Shown here piece after piece: positions 10,669 through 24,100 of a stretch of 64,000 nucleotides of DNA (its first letter is position 1; each line of letters begins with the position of its first letter). Below the pieces are notes generated by a model. The model saw nothing but the letters and a program-made list of their open reading frames with translations, was not told where the DNA came from and searched no databases. Origin of the DNA: Lama guanicoe (Eukaryota); the NCBI GenBank assembly GCA_013239625.1, contig MU053881.1, positions 14,374,373-14,438,372 of the forward strand, given 5' to 3'. The translations under genes and the position numbers were made by a program.

Positions 10669-11559
10669 AAGAGGGTTTTCATTTTAGGAAACTCCCTAGG
10701 TCAAATGCTGCCCATAAAGTCACACTCTACTAACACTTCATATTGCACTATTCAAAAAATGCCTAAAATGTGTCCACACTGCAGTAATCGAGCTATTAAG
10801 GATTACAGGAGCACAGAGGAAGTGCATGATCGGGGCTTTTATCAGAGAAGAGGCCCACAAAAGAGAACTCTGAAGACCAGGGCACAGGGAGAAGATGAGG
10901 GTGAGAGTGGAAGAAGAGGTCCAGCCGTTGTCTCCCCACCACTTTCCACCAGGGGTCGCCGTGGCTCTGCAGAGAGTACAGAGCTGGAAGCCTGGAGACC
11001 TGCCTCTCCTGGGCTGGGGACCCAAGGATATGAACTTATAGCTGTGGGGTCCAAGGGCTGATCCATATAAAGGGCCGGGCTCTGGGCAGGAAGTAAGACC
11101 TCCAAGTTTACTATTATACTCAACATGTCAGACATCCCCCAACCCTGGACCCAGGCACCCTCCCCCATATTTGCATATGTGTTTGTCGTTTGCATATACT
11201 ATGCACGACTTACTTTATATGAATGAAATATGTGTGGGATTTGCATGTCCTTTGCATGTCATTAATGTTGCTATTCGTAGACTTGTCCTGCTTTTGTAAG
11301 CCTGTTTGATGGGAGACAGACTGGGATCCAGGTCCTGGGCCACCTCTGAGAGGTTAAGCTCCCCCTCCCCCAGGTTCCATGAAATGGCATCTCCACTCAG
11401 ATGGTTAGGAGCCCCTGGAAGGCATACTCTGTCTGCTTAGGGTCCACAGATTCACTGATGCAAAAGTCACCATAACTTGGGCAGGGTTCTAAGCAAACAG
11501 ATACAAGACAATCCCTTTCAAGTGAAGGGGGCTGCCCTGAGGGAGGCTTAAAGGCAAGT

Positions 11560-11642
11560 TCCGGTTCATCGGGGCTGGGTCAGGCCTGAGAATCTGCATT
11601 TTTACCAGCTCCCAGATGAGGCTACTGCTAGTTCTGGCCAGG
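11560..11642. mobile_element. MER5A-like hAT DNA transposon fragment
   Basis: GGCCTGAGAATCTGCATTTTTACCAGCTCCCAGATGAGGCT resembles the MER5A core. Confidence 0.6.
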
Positions 11643-11687
11643 TGTCTTGTTGGGAGAGCTGCTAATATTCTCCCTGATCCACACATC

Positions 11688-11814
11688 TTTGTTTTTTTGA
11701 GGGGGTTAATTCGGTTTATTCATTTATTTATTTTTAGAGGAGGTACTGGGGATTGAACCCAGGACCTTGCACATGCTAAGCATGCCCTCTACTACCTGAG
11801 TTATATCCTCCCCC
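11688..11814 (-). mobile_element. tRNA-derived SINE (camelid Vic-1 type)
   Basis: Same family as 10524-10668. Confidence 0.85.
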
Positions 11815-12234
11815 TGGATGGCACTTTCTGTCTCAAAATGCACATCCAAACTTGGAGGAGCCTGAGGACCTGAATTTTAAAGTAAATCACACAGGAGCAG
11901 TTCTGACAGGCCTCATCCTGGCCCAAGATCGCACTGATTTCCGCGAGAATCGCCAGTGGACACCAAAATCAGCAAGGGGAAGTTTGAGGGAGTTAGTGCT
12001 ATCCTTGCTAGACTCCCTCAACCAGAGCACTGGGGAAACTGAGGCACGGGAGCTAGCCCTGGGGACGTGTGTGCAGGCCATCTCCCCCACATTCAGGACT
12101 CCTCAGCCTCCTACACTGCACATCCACGTGGAGCCCTCACAGGCCCTGAAAGCCTCTTCTCCCAACACTGGTCCAGCTGCCCTACCAGGGCCTCTGCACA
12201 CCAGGGAGACCTGTCAGGAGAGGCTGGACCCCTG

Positions 12235-12362
12235 CCTGAGCCCAAGTTCAAATCCTGCCTCTGCCTCCCATGAGCTGTCCTCCCTGAGCCTCAGTTTTTC
12301 CCCCTGTGAAGTGGAAATATACGTAGCTCCTGCCTCCTAAGACTTGGTGGGAATCACGTGAG
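12235..12362 (+). mobile_element. MIR fragment
   Basis: GTTCAAATCCTGCCTCTGCC..CTGAGCCTCAGTTTTTCCCCCTGTGAAGTGG. Confidence 0.6.
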
Positions 12363-14261
12363 TACAGAGGACCCAAATTACTGAGGATGGTGTACATGTT
12401 CCCAGCGAGTCTAGGTTTATCTTGCCCCCATTCTGCCAAGAGGGACACTGAGACAGGAAGACAGGAGGGCAGTGGTCTGACCAAGGACAGCCTGGCTCAG
12501 GCTGCCACAATTTCTATGAGCCTCTGTAAGGGCCAGAGGGTAGACTTGAGGGTGGACTGTCCCATCTCCCTGCCTGTTCTCCACTGGGCTGCCAGGGGGC
12601 AATCTGACAACTTGAATGCAATCCAGGACTGTTTACTTACCAGGCCATGGTTTCACCTCCCCCTCAAAATCCAATTACCTTTTCTTCCCATAGGAAGTCT
12701 GTCTTTGACGTCAGTTCCCTCTTCACTGGCCCCCTCACTACCCCTCCCATAAACACATCCCCACCCCAGGGCCTTTGCATTGACTGTTCCTTCTGCCTGA
12801 GCACCCTCTTCCCTTCTTTGCTATTCTATCCCTTCCTTCACCTCTGCTCCCATCCAGCTCCCCCACAACCACTCTCCCCACGCACTGACCCTCAGCGTTC
12901 CCTACTTTCCCCTCCCCAGCTTTCTTCTCCCTCTAGTCGCTCCCTCCTCACTGGCCAGCCAGTGTTCAAGGGATAGGAGCACATGAGGTCCCAAGGGCGT
13001 TTTGGTTTCTCCTGCCTGGCACCTTGTTCTCTTCTGGAATAGAGATGGGGCAGCTGTGGGCATGGCTCCGGTTAATCTTGCTTTGGTGCATCACCAAGCC
13101 CCACCCAGGATCTGCCCCTCTCTGGTTCTCAGTCTTACTTCTGCCTGGCCGAAGGGGATTTTCGGGACCAAAGTGAGTCCTGGGGAGGGTTGAGAGGTGA
13201 GGAGAGCTGTGGTCCTGCGGAAGGGAGGTCTGCGGCCTCATTCACCCCACGTTGGCTGTTCATCAAAGTCCCCAAAAGCTTCTGGTTTAATTTCGCCATC
13301 TCTCCTGGGACAAGGCAGAATCAGGAGACCAGGCAGCCACGTATTCTCGGTCCTTCTGGACCCTACCTCTCACCTGACCCATCCACTTCCTGGAACCTCC
13401 GAGCGACACTCAAGATTCTTGACCCTTTCTATGGCCCTTCTCCTCATCTGGCCCCTCCCCAGCCCTGGCTCCACCCCTTAGGGACTTCTGTCACGCCCCC
13501 GATTCTGGTCCTGCCTCCTCCCCTGAATCTCCTGCACTTGCACCTGCCAGTTCCAGTGAGGCCCCAAACCCTAGTAAACCCTAGGAAAGATGTTTGTTTC
13601 CCGAGGCTCCAGGAGGCATTTCAGAACCAGCCACCCCAGAGCCCTAGGGGAAGTCTGGAGGCCCTCAGACCCAAGTGGAGAAATTGAGCCCCTGATTTAG
13701 GTGCTTTGGGGGGTTTTAATCTCCCCCATCCAGTACCACTGCAAAGCCCTGAGGGGTGGCAGTTGCTGAGGGAGGGGAACTGGAGCTGCCTGGGACAGCC
13801 CAGCTGCAACCCCTGCCCCTCTCTCGCATGTTACTGAGGGTCATGATTGCAGTTACTGAGCATCTACTGCACCAAGACCAGAAGACGCAGAGGCTGTTGT
13901 CAGTTCCATCCCACGCTAGGGAAACTGAGGCCATGGGGATACTGGGGGCAGGGCCTGGGTTTGACACAAGAGGCTGAATTTTGTGCTCAGAGGTCTCTGT
14001 GGTGACCCAGCAAGAGTTCACTTCAAACCCCTGCCCCAAATGACAGGGATCATGAGAGCTGTGGAGGGTGTGTGAGCAGGGGCGTGACCAGAGCCTGTGG
14101 GATGCCCGGGACTCTCAGGCCGGCCCCTGTGGCTCAGGCTGCACCCCCTGCTTTGGCCTCCAGGGGCCGCCCCAGCCCCAAAGACAAGGTCACCAGGCTC
14201 CTCTCCTGGTGCTAGCGGAGATGGATCCTACTTCCAGAAGCTGCCCCTGCTACCCCAGAGT

Positions 14262-14372
14262 GCCTCAGTTCCCCCATCTGTAAAGAGAGCAATGATAGGA
14301 ACAGCCTCACTGGGAGGGGCAGTGAAGAGATGCCTGTAAAGTGCTCCAGCATCCAGTATGTGCTCAATGGAT
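14262..14372 (+). mobile_element. MIR fragment
   Basis: GCCTCAGTTCCCCCATCTGTAAA..GTAAAGTGCT..GTGCTCAAT. Confidence 0.55.
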
Positions 14373-17300
14373 GTGTAAGCCACCTGCCCAGCCTGTGGCT
14401 CAGGCAGGTACACAGACAGATCAGTGCTGAAATGTGGCCATGGGGCAAGGAGAACATTCTGGGAAGAGACACTTGGGTCCACTCAGAACACCCTGAATCC
14501 AAAGTTCATGGAAAAGGTCTAAAGACCCAGGAGAGGGCTGGACCCACAGGGGGGTGTTGGGTGAGGGGAGCCTAGGCTTTAGTGACCTCCCCTCCATGTT
14601 CTTAAGGAAGCCAAAGCTTTCTGTGGGAAATGGGTCCAATTATAGGCTCCTAGCTTCCAGGTATGACAGCTGTGAAGTGGTGAGCTCCCCGTGGTTATGG
14701 GCATGCAAGAAGACAAGAGGTCTCCAACAGTATCTGGGCCAGGGCCCAAGCCAAGAGGCCTAATTCTCCAAGGACTTATTAGGAGGCAGGTCACAGCCTG
14801 ACTACAGGAGACCAAGGGTGGCATCACTCAGCAGCTGGATCTCCTGGTCAGAGACAGCAGGTTCCAAGCAGCTAGAGAACGAACATTCCTCCACTCCAGG
14901 CGCCGGGCAGGCCACTCCTGCCTGGTAAAACGTAAGTTGGGCCTGGCCCCGTGGACTGCGTGTTTTTCCAGTGGCTTCTTCAGCCACAGCCCGACCACAA
15001 CCTAAATTCCGTCGGGTCGGCCATTTCCAAGTGTTTGTGTTCAGCTGGGCCAGACGGCGGGCCTTTGGCCTTGGCCTCCCAGAAGGTCTGGAGAAGCACC
15101 CCCAGCCTCCTGCTCAGATATCCCTCTGCTTAGAAGCCGCTCATTAAAACTTCTCAGCAGCCAATGACAAAGAATAAGGGAGAGACACGATCTTGCTGAG
15201 GAGGCCCGGGAGAGCTTGTGTGTCCCATAAGCAGAGACCTTCCTCCTGGGCCGGGACCCCAGATATAAAGACACGACCCTTGGCAAAGCTGACTTCTTGG
15301 AGCCCCAATAAATGCTGACCTTCAAATTTTAGGGTCAACTTGGGACCAGGTCAGCAGCCACAATTGCACATCAGAAGCCATGGGTGTGTGTGAACAGCCT
15401 TGCTTCCATGCGGAACCCTGGGCAACTATTTCTCTCTCTCAGCCTTGCTTTCCCCAGCTGTAAGCTAGAGATAATAATAGAACCTACCTAAAAGGTTGTT
15501 GACAGGATCCAACCCAATGCTTGGCAGGTGCTTCACAAACCTGAGGCCTCTTCTATGCCTCCAGGCTGGGTCTGGGTCTGCCTCCTGCATTGGACCAAAA
15601 GCTCCTTGAGGGGAGAGTCTGGGCTCTCCAGAGGAGATAGTGAATGGGAGTTAATCTGACCGTGTCTCTCCCCTGCTCAAAATTCTCACAGACAGAAGGT
15701 AAATCCTAAAACCAGCATTCAAGACCTTTGGACATCTAATTTTGGATCGGCAAACTCCTATTCACTCTTCAAAGCCTGTATCAAATGTCCTCTCTGCCAG
15801 AAGGCCTTTGTGGAACTTCCTCTGGATTTTTTCAGCCACTGGTCCTCCTGCTGGTCCAAGCCTGATCTCACAGGCTGAGGTATCTGGGCCTGGCTCTGCC
15901 TCTCTCTTCAGAAGGGGGCTCCGGGCTGAGTCTGGGCAGGATGGAGGGTATCTGAACCCACAGATCTACATGGAGACATCACATGAGAGCCCATGTGTGG
16001 CCATCTGTGTGTTTTATGTCCCTGTCCCTGTGCAGGGCCCCCGAGAGGGGCAGTCAGGCCAACTCCCCCTACACCACCTGAGACAGCGGCATCTTTTCGA
16101 GACAAGGAGTGTGGGCTGAGCAGTGCCCCCTGTGAGGAAGCCTGGCTTGGCTGGAAGCTCATTTGTCCACAGACCCTCCGCCTGGAAGAACTGGGGATGT
16201 GAGCAGCTGGCCTCCGCCTCTGCCTCCACCACGCTGGCACTATGTTTTGTGACCCACCATTATGGCTCAGCTCCATCTGGGATGAAGGAGGGGCTGGGGC
16301 CCAGGGGAGGGCCTCCCCCCACTGCCCTTATGGAAACCCCGCCAGGCAGCCTTCGAAGACATACCTGAGGTTTGGCAGCACCCAGCCAGCCAGCCCCCAG
16401 GGCTGAGTCAGCAGGAAGGGATTCAGGACTTCCCAGGAAAAGCAGCTGGGACCTCGAGGGGCCCCCAACCCCCGGCCCACGCCCTCCCCAGGGCTGCCGG
16501 AGTGTGGGAGGTGCCACATGCACCTGGCTGCACCCGGTCTCCTTTGAGGGACTGAATTGTAGGGGTTTGAGGCAGGTTAGAATCAGCCCTGACTTGGGCG
16601 GTCAGGGCGTTTGCAGGCCAGAGTGTCCCCAAGTAGGGGGTGACAACCAGTGACTATGGGTGTTGATGCCCTGCTGTGCACAGGTGCTCTCGGCTGCCCA
16701 CGCCCCCTCAGGACCCTGCCGTAGGCCTGTGTGTCAATGTGACAGTGTCTGCCCAGGCAGCTGTGAGGGGTGGGACAGCATCTGGACAGACTGTCCCATC
16801 CAGGGTGACCAGCAAATCCAGCTGCATGCACTTTAAAGGGATGACTTGTTGGGGGCTGCAATTAAGAGGCAGTGCAGCCAAATAAGTGACAAGAAGGTGG
16901 CCTGTGGTGTGGGAGGGAGTGTTGACCAGGGAGGACAGGGACAGGGCGTCACCAGGGCAGTGTGACTGCGGGACCCATGGTGAAGACACTGGACTCCGTG
17001 TGTCACATCCGCTTGGCTGCACCGTGGCTGTGACCCTGGGGAGGGCAGTGGATGTTTCCCTGCATCCATCCCAAAATATCGGTGTCTGTTGCGCCCCTAT
17101 CCCTAGGGTCTCCTCCCTCCTGCCTGCCCAGACCCACCACCCTAGGCCTTGGGGTCTGGCCTCAGCTCCTGCCGTGGGAGGGGTCAGGCAGCAGGACATC
17201 AGTGTTCAGCTGGCCAGCTCTTTCTCCGCTGGCACCCTGCCTCTGTTTCCACTATTAAAATGCAAGCATTCCCCTCACCCTACTGAAGCCAGGTCTCTCC

Positions 17301-17599
17301 GCCAGGCTGGCTCCAGTCTTTGGGGTCTGCGCCTGGGTCATACCCAACTCTGAGGGCTGATGAGGGAGACAGACGGGGCCGGGGAAGTGGTGGGTGGCCG
17401 CGCCAGGGCCACGAGGCCCCGATGGAGGAGCCAGCAATGTTCAGCCAGGACAGGAGGCAGCTGGAGGAGAGGGGCCGCTGGGCTGCCGGTTTGGACCCTG
17501 CAAGGGCTGCCATGTGGGAGGGAGCAGACCCTAGTTCCATAAAGGAAATAGTTTCCAACAAGCTGAATCCCGCAGAGGAGTCTTTGTTATGAGAAATTG

Positions 17600-17860
17600 T
17601 GTGACTTATCCCTGCTCCAGCACCTTCTGTGGCTCCCAATCACCCACTGGAGACTCTTCAGCTCCTCGCTGGCATTCAAGGCCCTGTTCATCTCCCCTAT
17701 ATGTTTCCCTTCTGCTGCTGCTCTTTGTGCCTTCTTGAAGTTTCCCTCCTCAGCCTTCACCTATACATTTCCAGCTGCCTGGTATGCCCTTCCTACTTTG
17801 CCAACCTGGCAAACTCCTACACATCCTTCAAGACCCCATGCCTATATCCCCTTCTCTGGG
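17600..17860. mobile_element. Ancient L2-like fragment
   Basis: CCCTGCTC..CCTTCTGTGGCTCCC..GGCATTCAAGGCCCT..AACTCCTACACATCCTTCAAGACCC. Confidence 0.5.
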
Positions 17861-20521
17861 AAACACTGTCCTTCCCTTCAGTCCATGGTGTCCCCATTTG
17901 CTGTGTGACCCTGGGCAAGTCCCTTCAGCTATGAAACAGATGTGTGTATGTGTGAAAAATCATCCTGCCTAAAAGCATATTTGGGCCCCAAGACAATAAA
18001 TATACATTAAATGCCCTCAAACTGAGTTAGGTTTTGGTGGGAGACAGAGAAGTCTTTGTATCCAGTCAGTGCTCAATGCGTGTTCATTTTTATCTTCCTC
18101 TTCTTGGATTCTGTGGGTTGAAGATGCTCTTGATTTTAGCACTGTTCCAAGATTTTTCTCCCACTCACAGTACTAGGAATTTTAAGAACCCCTGGTTCTA
18201 AAATTATAAGTCTAAAATGCCGTGGGCGAGACCAAGGGCCTCCTTATGCCCTGAGCTGACCCTAGGGTGGCTGGAGCTGGGGTCTCCGGGGGGACCACAT
18301 GCCCCCCATGCCCAAGGCTGATGGGGTATGGTCTGGCAGCCACAATTTTGGGGGGAGAGCAATGGATTTACCAGGAGGCCAATGCCCCAGGAGGGAGGGG
18401 GCGGGACTCCTGGCTCAGAGGCTAGAATGGGGTCACAAGGCAGCATCCAGAAGCACCAGGCTGTCAGCTCAGAGTCGTGGCTTCCTTCTCTTGGAGACTC
18501 AGTTTCTTCATCTGAATATTGGGGCCAAGTGCTGCCCTCTTGAAGAGTCATCAGCAGGGATGGGGAGTCACTGGGGCAACAGCCCCTGCCCTGTGCCAAA
18601 CATTTTCTTGGGCTGTGCCCTCTGCTTGGAACAGTCTCCCTGGCCCACTTCCCTCTAGAAGTCCCTTCTCACGCCTGGTCAAACCACAGCAGTTGAGGAG
18701 GGGGCTTGCAGATAACACCCATCACCCCTGTTCTGCCCTAGGGAACCAGGGTGCCAGCAGCCTGCCCCAAATTCAGCTGCCCTAGACCTGGCAGTGGCCA
18801 CGGCCCCAACACTCAATGAAAGGTATTTGGCAGCAGGGCTTGACACCTCATCACACTCAGCCTAGAAGCCAGCTTCTCCTACTGGCTGCAGGGGGAAGCC
18901 CCCACACACACACCCCCTCCAACTCCTGTGGCTCCTCAGGACCCCAGTAGGCAGGCCCAGGGTCTGCACTGCCTTGGTGGGGGCCTACCTCTCTGAGCCT
19001 CCCTGTCAGCTTGGGGTAGACACAGTAAGTCTGGATAAATACTCATGTCCATGGGTCCCAGGGGCCTCAAAGCTTTCTTCCCTCTCTTGTCCAACACGGC
19101 CTATCCAAGGAGAGACTGGGGTGCCGGCACCCGGGGCTTCCAAACCTTGACTCCAAGCAGAGCCCTGGGGGCCACCCTCATAGATGGGTTGGTACCCTCG
19201 GGTTTGCCAGATTCTCCCAGACCCTCCAGACCCTTAATGCTGCCCCCTAGGCAGGGGAAGGTGTTCCCATGAATGGAATGGCCTGAGTAAAGGCGTGAGG
19301 GCTGGAGAGGTTGGAGGTTGTCCACTGGAGAGTTCTTCCGATGGGCAGAGCATGAACCCCACAGGCATGTCGGGGTCTGTCTGTGAGCCACTCTCCCCAC
19401 CAAGGCCTTCTCTGGGCCACCATTGTTGGCACAGAGCTGAAATTTAATGCTGTCCTCTAAACGCTGAGCAGGCACATGGTAAGGTGGACGGGAGGGCTAG
19501 GGGTGGGCAGGCGAGCGGGCAGAGCGGGTAGCTGATAGCAGGGGATGTAGGCGGGCGGGTAGGTGTGCGGGAGGCCTGAGCATGCGCTGGGATAAGGGAA
19601 CACCCCGCACTTCAAATCACTGTCATCACCCTCTCCCCGGGGCAATCAGCCAAGCACCATGCTCCCCACCTCAGGTCCCCAGAAGCGCCACACCAATGGC
19701 TTCGAGGGGCTGACATCTCCAGGCCAATGGAGTCTCGGGCATGTTCTTGAGGAGGCTGCCGGGCCATCCAGGGAGCCCCTGCTCCTGCCGGGATTCACTC
19801 CAGGGCCCAGGCAGCTCTTCGCCTCTCCTTTTAGGACCTCGATTTCTCAGTCTGGAAAGTGGGGGTGTGGTCAGAATAGCACCTGCCCCATGAGGTGCCA
19901 GGAGAACTCGCCTGGCCGTGCACAGACTGCAAGCATGCGATGGTTCTGCACCTCCAGACTGAGGAGCCTAGTGAGGTCAGAGGGTTCAGGACCATGGCCT
20001 TGGGCAGCCCAGTCACTGTGTGGTCAAGGCGTGGCCCGGCCTCAGTTGGGCGGGGGACCCCGGGCAGGGCCGCTGTGACCCCAGCTGAGGAAGTCCAGGG
20101 CGGCCTCAATTCCTGCCTCCTGGGGCAAGCGCTCCTGCCAGGGCCTCTCCCTGACCACTGTAGCCCATGGGCCTGTGGCCAGGTGGGAGCCACTGATCAC
20201 AGCCAGGCGAGGAGGAGAAGGCCAGGGAAGCAGCTGCTGCTATGTTCAGCGGTCAGGGCTGCACAGGCTCGGGCCGCTCATGACTCGGCTCTGTGCACAC
20301 GTGTCGCAGACACACTTTGGGCAGCGGTTGGGACCCACATGCCTGCCTGAGGCGTGTCCGTGGCCTCATGGGGGCCTCCGTGCCATTTACATACTCATGT
20401 CCGTGTGTGTTTCAGGCCTGATCCTGCCTGCCAAGGTGCCTAAGGTGCCTCTGGATCTGGCAGCCCCAGCCTCTGTCCTTCTCTCCCTAGAACTGACACC
20501 ATGAGTTGGAAATGAAGCATC

Positions 20522-20527
20522 TTTAAT
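20522..20527 (-). terminator. CILP2: Probable CILP2 polyadenylation signal (ATTAAA)
   Basis: TTTAAT on + strand about 560 bp past the CILP2 stop. Confidence 0.5.
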
Positions 20528-21087
20528 TGATTCCTTGCGCCAAACCCCCTGGGGAATCTCCAAGCACCAAACATGTGAGAATTATGCCTCCCAGCCCCAG
20601 AGCCAAGAAGCCCCTTCCCTAGACCTTCAATGGGCCACACCCAGACTCCCCACTCACACCTGTGACCAGCCCTTCAGGCTTTGTTTCAATAAATAACCCC
20701 AAGAACAGAGCTCAGGGCAGAGGACCCAATAAAGCACTTAGCTCAGTGCAGAAATCTAAAGGGGCAGACTCTCTGAAATCAGGGTCAAAATACTCATGAA
20801 ATCAGAGCCAGAATGTGAGCTGGGAAAGATTCTCTTGGGGCCTCAGACGCCTGTCCTGACGGTCTCCCAGGATGTTGGCTCCCACACGGGATGAACTCCA
20901 TTTCACATCACACAGCAACAATCACCTGCCTGGCATTTCCACCATTAGGCCCTACTCTGAATCTGGGCAGGGGAAGGGGGTACCCAGAAACCTGAAGAGA
21001 GAACAAGCATCTGGAGAAGCAAGGGGTGAGACTTCCCAGGGACAGAGGAGTCTGGAGCAGGGCAGAGGAGCAAGGCTGGGGCCCAGG

Positions 21088-23423
21088 TCACTGCTGGGCC
21101 CTGCCTCGGCGGGTGCGGAGGGGACCCGAGGCTCGGGCCTGTGCCCGGGCCACCTCGCCCATCTCCCTGCGGATGTCACCAAGCGCTGTCGATGGGGACT
21201 CCAGCAGTCTCTGGAAGAGGCTGGGCCGGCCCGCTGGTGGCTCCCGGCACTGAAAGGTAACAGCTGTGCCAGCATCGGCCTTCATCTCCCTGGAGAAGCC
21301 ATCAGAAGAGCCATCAAAGCAGCGGCCAATGGCGATCTCCTTGGCCAGCCGTGGGCTCTGGTCAGTGACTGTATAGACACCATAATTGTGACCCAGAGGG
21401 TCCAACGGGGCCAACATGGAGAAGGCAGACAGGTCATCGGCTGGTGGGGATGGGGGGTGCCTGGTCAAGTAATCCTGCAGGAGTCCGTTGACGGCCACAC
21501 GCCGGCAGCTGCCCTGGGGCATGATGGTCACCAGCGTCCTGTCCACCTGACGCTGGTCGAACAGCATCCCGCTGCACTTGAATTCCACACAGGCGGCAGA
21601 TGTGCTAGGGCGCTCAGGGTCTCGGACACTGCGCGCATCCCGAAGCCCATAGAGCTGGCCCTGGGTTCGCGGGTGGCTGCCCCCTGCGTTGTGGGAGCGG
21701 ACCATGTACTCCTGGGGGCCCTGGATCTTCACCTTAAGGAAGCAGGCCCGGAATTCCTGCGGGTTGGGCCACCAAGACAGGAGATCTCCAGTCCAGGAGG
21801 CCGGCGCGCCCTCGCGGAAGGGGACCACGTTGTACTCATATTTGTCAGCCTCCACGCGAGAGAAGCGGAAGTGGCTGGCGGTCACCGGGGCCTCCTGGCA
21901 CTCCCGCAGGCTGCGCCACGGGTACACGGGGCCGTTGGCCTCGGCGGCGTCGCCCGATCTGGGTTTGGCCAGGTTGATGCGGAAGCCATTGCGTTTGAAG
22001 GAGGGGTCATCGTGGTCGGTACGGCGGTAACCCAGCCTGTCCAGGTAGGGCTGGGTCACGCCCACGGTGGCCGCGAGGGGGCGGGGCCGGGACGGGGCGG
22101 GCTCCAGCTCCTCCCCGCCCAGGGTGGCGGTGACCAGGGCGGTGTAGGCATCCGGCCGGTCGGCATCGCAGAAGGCGGGGAGGCAGGCGCCGTTAGGGCC
22201 GGTGACGGCGCTGTCGAAGCGGCCCCAGGAGCGGGGATTGGCCGAGTAGCCGGGGGCAGGCTCCAGGTTGACCAGAGTGACTACCACACCCTCCACCTGC
22301 TCATTGGGGGTGAACTTGTCGTTGGCGTAGGCGCGCACCTTGACGAAGCAGCGGCGGCGCTCGGGCACGTCCAGGTTGAACAGACGCCGCTCCCGTATCT
22401 CCACGTTGCCCACCAGGAAGACCCGCTCCTCCCGGCGGACCCGCGGGGCGGCCGACCTTTCACGCTGGAATCCGCTCTCCTCTTCCCACAAGCCCGTGTC
22501 GGGGTTCAGTGACCACAGCTTCAGGGCCTCCACGTGACCGGCCATTCGGATCTGGCTGGCGGCCACGCGCACGGCCACCGGCCCAGTCTGCAGCTGCTCC
22601 CCGGAGCCAGCGGCACGGAGGTCAACGGAGAACATGCCGTAGGTGCGCAGTGGGGCCAGCTCCCCGTCACTGTCTACGAAGCGTAGGTCACTGGGGGCCG
22701 CGGCCGCTGAGGTAAGATCTCGAGGGTCCACGAACGTCACCCGGGCCTCCACAGGCCCAGAGTAGGGTTCACCGTCGGCTCTGCGGAAGGCTCCCGGCGG
22801 GATGACCAGCTCACCTAAGGGGTCCTCGTCTTCCAGCTCCCCAAGGGATATTGTATTGCTCTGGCTGGCATCTAAGATGACAGGGGCTTTCTTGCGCATG
22901 GCCTTGACCTCGTGGTACACGCCAGCACCTCGAGGGTCAAAAGGCAGGACCCTGACAGTGTCCACGAACTGGCCCCTGGGGTCCACAAAAGTAATCACCA
23001 GCCTCTGGGTGGAAGGTGGCACCTCGATGGTGAAGTCGCCCTGGTAGGATGTGAAGCCAATGGGCTCCCGGCCCAGGAGGATCTGGGCAAAGCGCAAGGG
23101 CTCCCTGGAGTCAGCCGCCACCACACGTCCCCGGATCAGCCCCCGAGGGGGCAGACATTTCTGGCAGCCACACTCAGCCACTATCTTGACTGGGAGGAGA
23201 GAGCCAGAGCAGTGGATCTTCCTGCTCTCCAGGCGGCGCACGGAGCAGCAGCGGGAGCCTGTATCCCCACAGCGGGGGCCCGAGCCTGCAGGGCTGGGGC
23301 AGAGGGTGTCAGGGCAGAGGCCTACATCCAGGTAGGCAGGGCTGCCGCCTGGCTGAGTGCACTCATCTGGAAGTTTGATGAAGTGTTCTCGGGGCTGCGG
23401 GTTGCAGGCTGGCTGGCCTGGGG
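21088..23423 (-). CDS. CILP2: CILP2 exon 8 (large last exon; furin site RVRR at 22432-22443; C-terminal CILP C2 chain)
   Basis: Acceptor ccacag at 23424-23426; open from PGQPACNPQPRE to RTRRGRAQQ*; 2336 bp; whole CDS sums to 3471 nt = 1156 aa. Confidence 0.97.
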
Positions 23424-23670
23424 CTGTGGAGCAAGAAATCAGCCAGATCAGGGTAAAGGGGAGAGCTCCATCAAGGCCAAGGTTGGGGCCTGGTTTGGGG
23501 TCAAAGGCTCAAACTGAGGGCTCAGTGGGGGTCTGGAATCAGTCTGAGCAGGTCAGAGATCAGTCTGAAGTTGGGGCTCCATTTGAGGTTGAGTTTTAGC
23601 TGGACATAGGGCTCAGTTTGGTGTCAGGGCTTGCTCAGGGTTGGGGGAAGGGTGTGCTGAAGATGCTCAC

Positions 23671-23828
23671 CAAGCACAGTGAGCCGGGCGGTACCCGAGC
23701 GCACGGCCCCCGCGTCATTCCACGCTTTGCAGTGGTAGGTGCCTGCCTGGTCTGGGTGAAGCCCATGCAGCTCCAGGTGGGCCCCATACCTGTGCGTTCG
23801 CCTGTCCAGCAGGGTCCCATTGTGGAAC
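23671..23828 (-). CDS. CILP2: CILP2 exon 7 (Ig-like domain)
   Basis: FHNGTLLDRRTHRYGAHLELHGLHPDQAGTYHCKAWNDAGAVRSGTARLTVL; ag/gt; 158 bp. Confidence 0.95.
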
Positions 23829-23991
23829 CTGGATGGTGAATGAACAATACAATGGGTGCCCTTGGCACAAGGGAGGGGCTGTCTCTGTCCCACCCCATAT
23901 ACAACACAGGAGGTTGCAGAGCAGCTCTGGGAAGTCCAGTCCAACCCAAAAGCTAGGCACAACTCTCCTGAGCATGGGGCAGGTCACTCAC

Positions 23992-24100
23992 CAGGAGTAT
24001 TTCTTGGGCATGGGGGTGCCTGAAGCTTTGCAGCAGAAGGTCACATTCTGGCCAACCTCTCGCACTCGGGACTCGGGGTGCTTCACCAGATAGGGTTTCT
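23992..24100 (-). CDS. CILP2: CILP2 exon 6
   Basis: KPYLVKHPESRVREVGQNVTFCCKASGTPMPKKYSW; ag/gt; 109 bp. Confidence 0.95.

Noticed and set aside
11063-11073. CArG-like CCATATAAAGG
   Set aside because: Has seven A/T bases between CC and GG rather than six; treated only as a TATA-like element.
12000-20400. Many 60-165 aa ORFs in the PBX4-CILP2 intergenic region
   Set aside because: Overlapping in all frames, P/G/S/R-rich, interleaved with MIR/L2 remnants and with no coherent exon chain; expected by chance at this GC content.
20688-20733. Two + strand AATAAA inside the CILP2 3'UTR suggesting an antisense gene end
   Set aside because: They read as U-rich UTR elements on the CILP2 strand; no supported upstream + strand exons.
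20872-22512. 546-aa + strand ORF antisense to CILP2 exon 8
   Set aside because: Shadow ORF expected from high-GC3 codon usage on the opposite strand; no recognisable domain.
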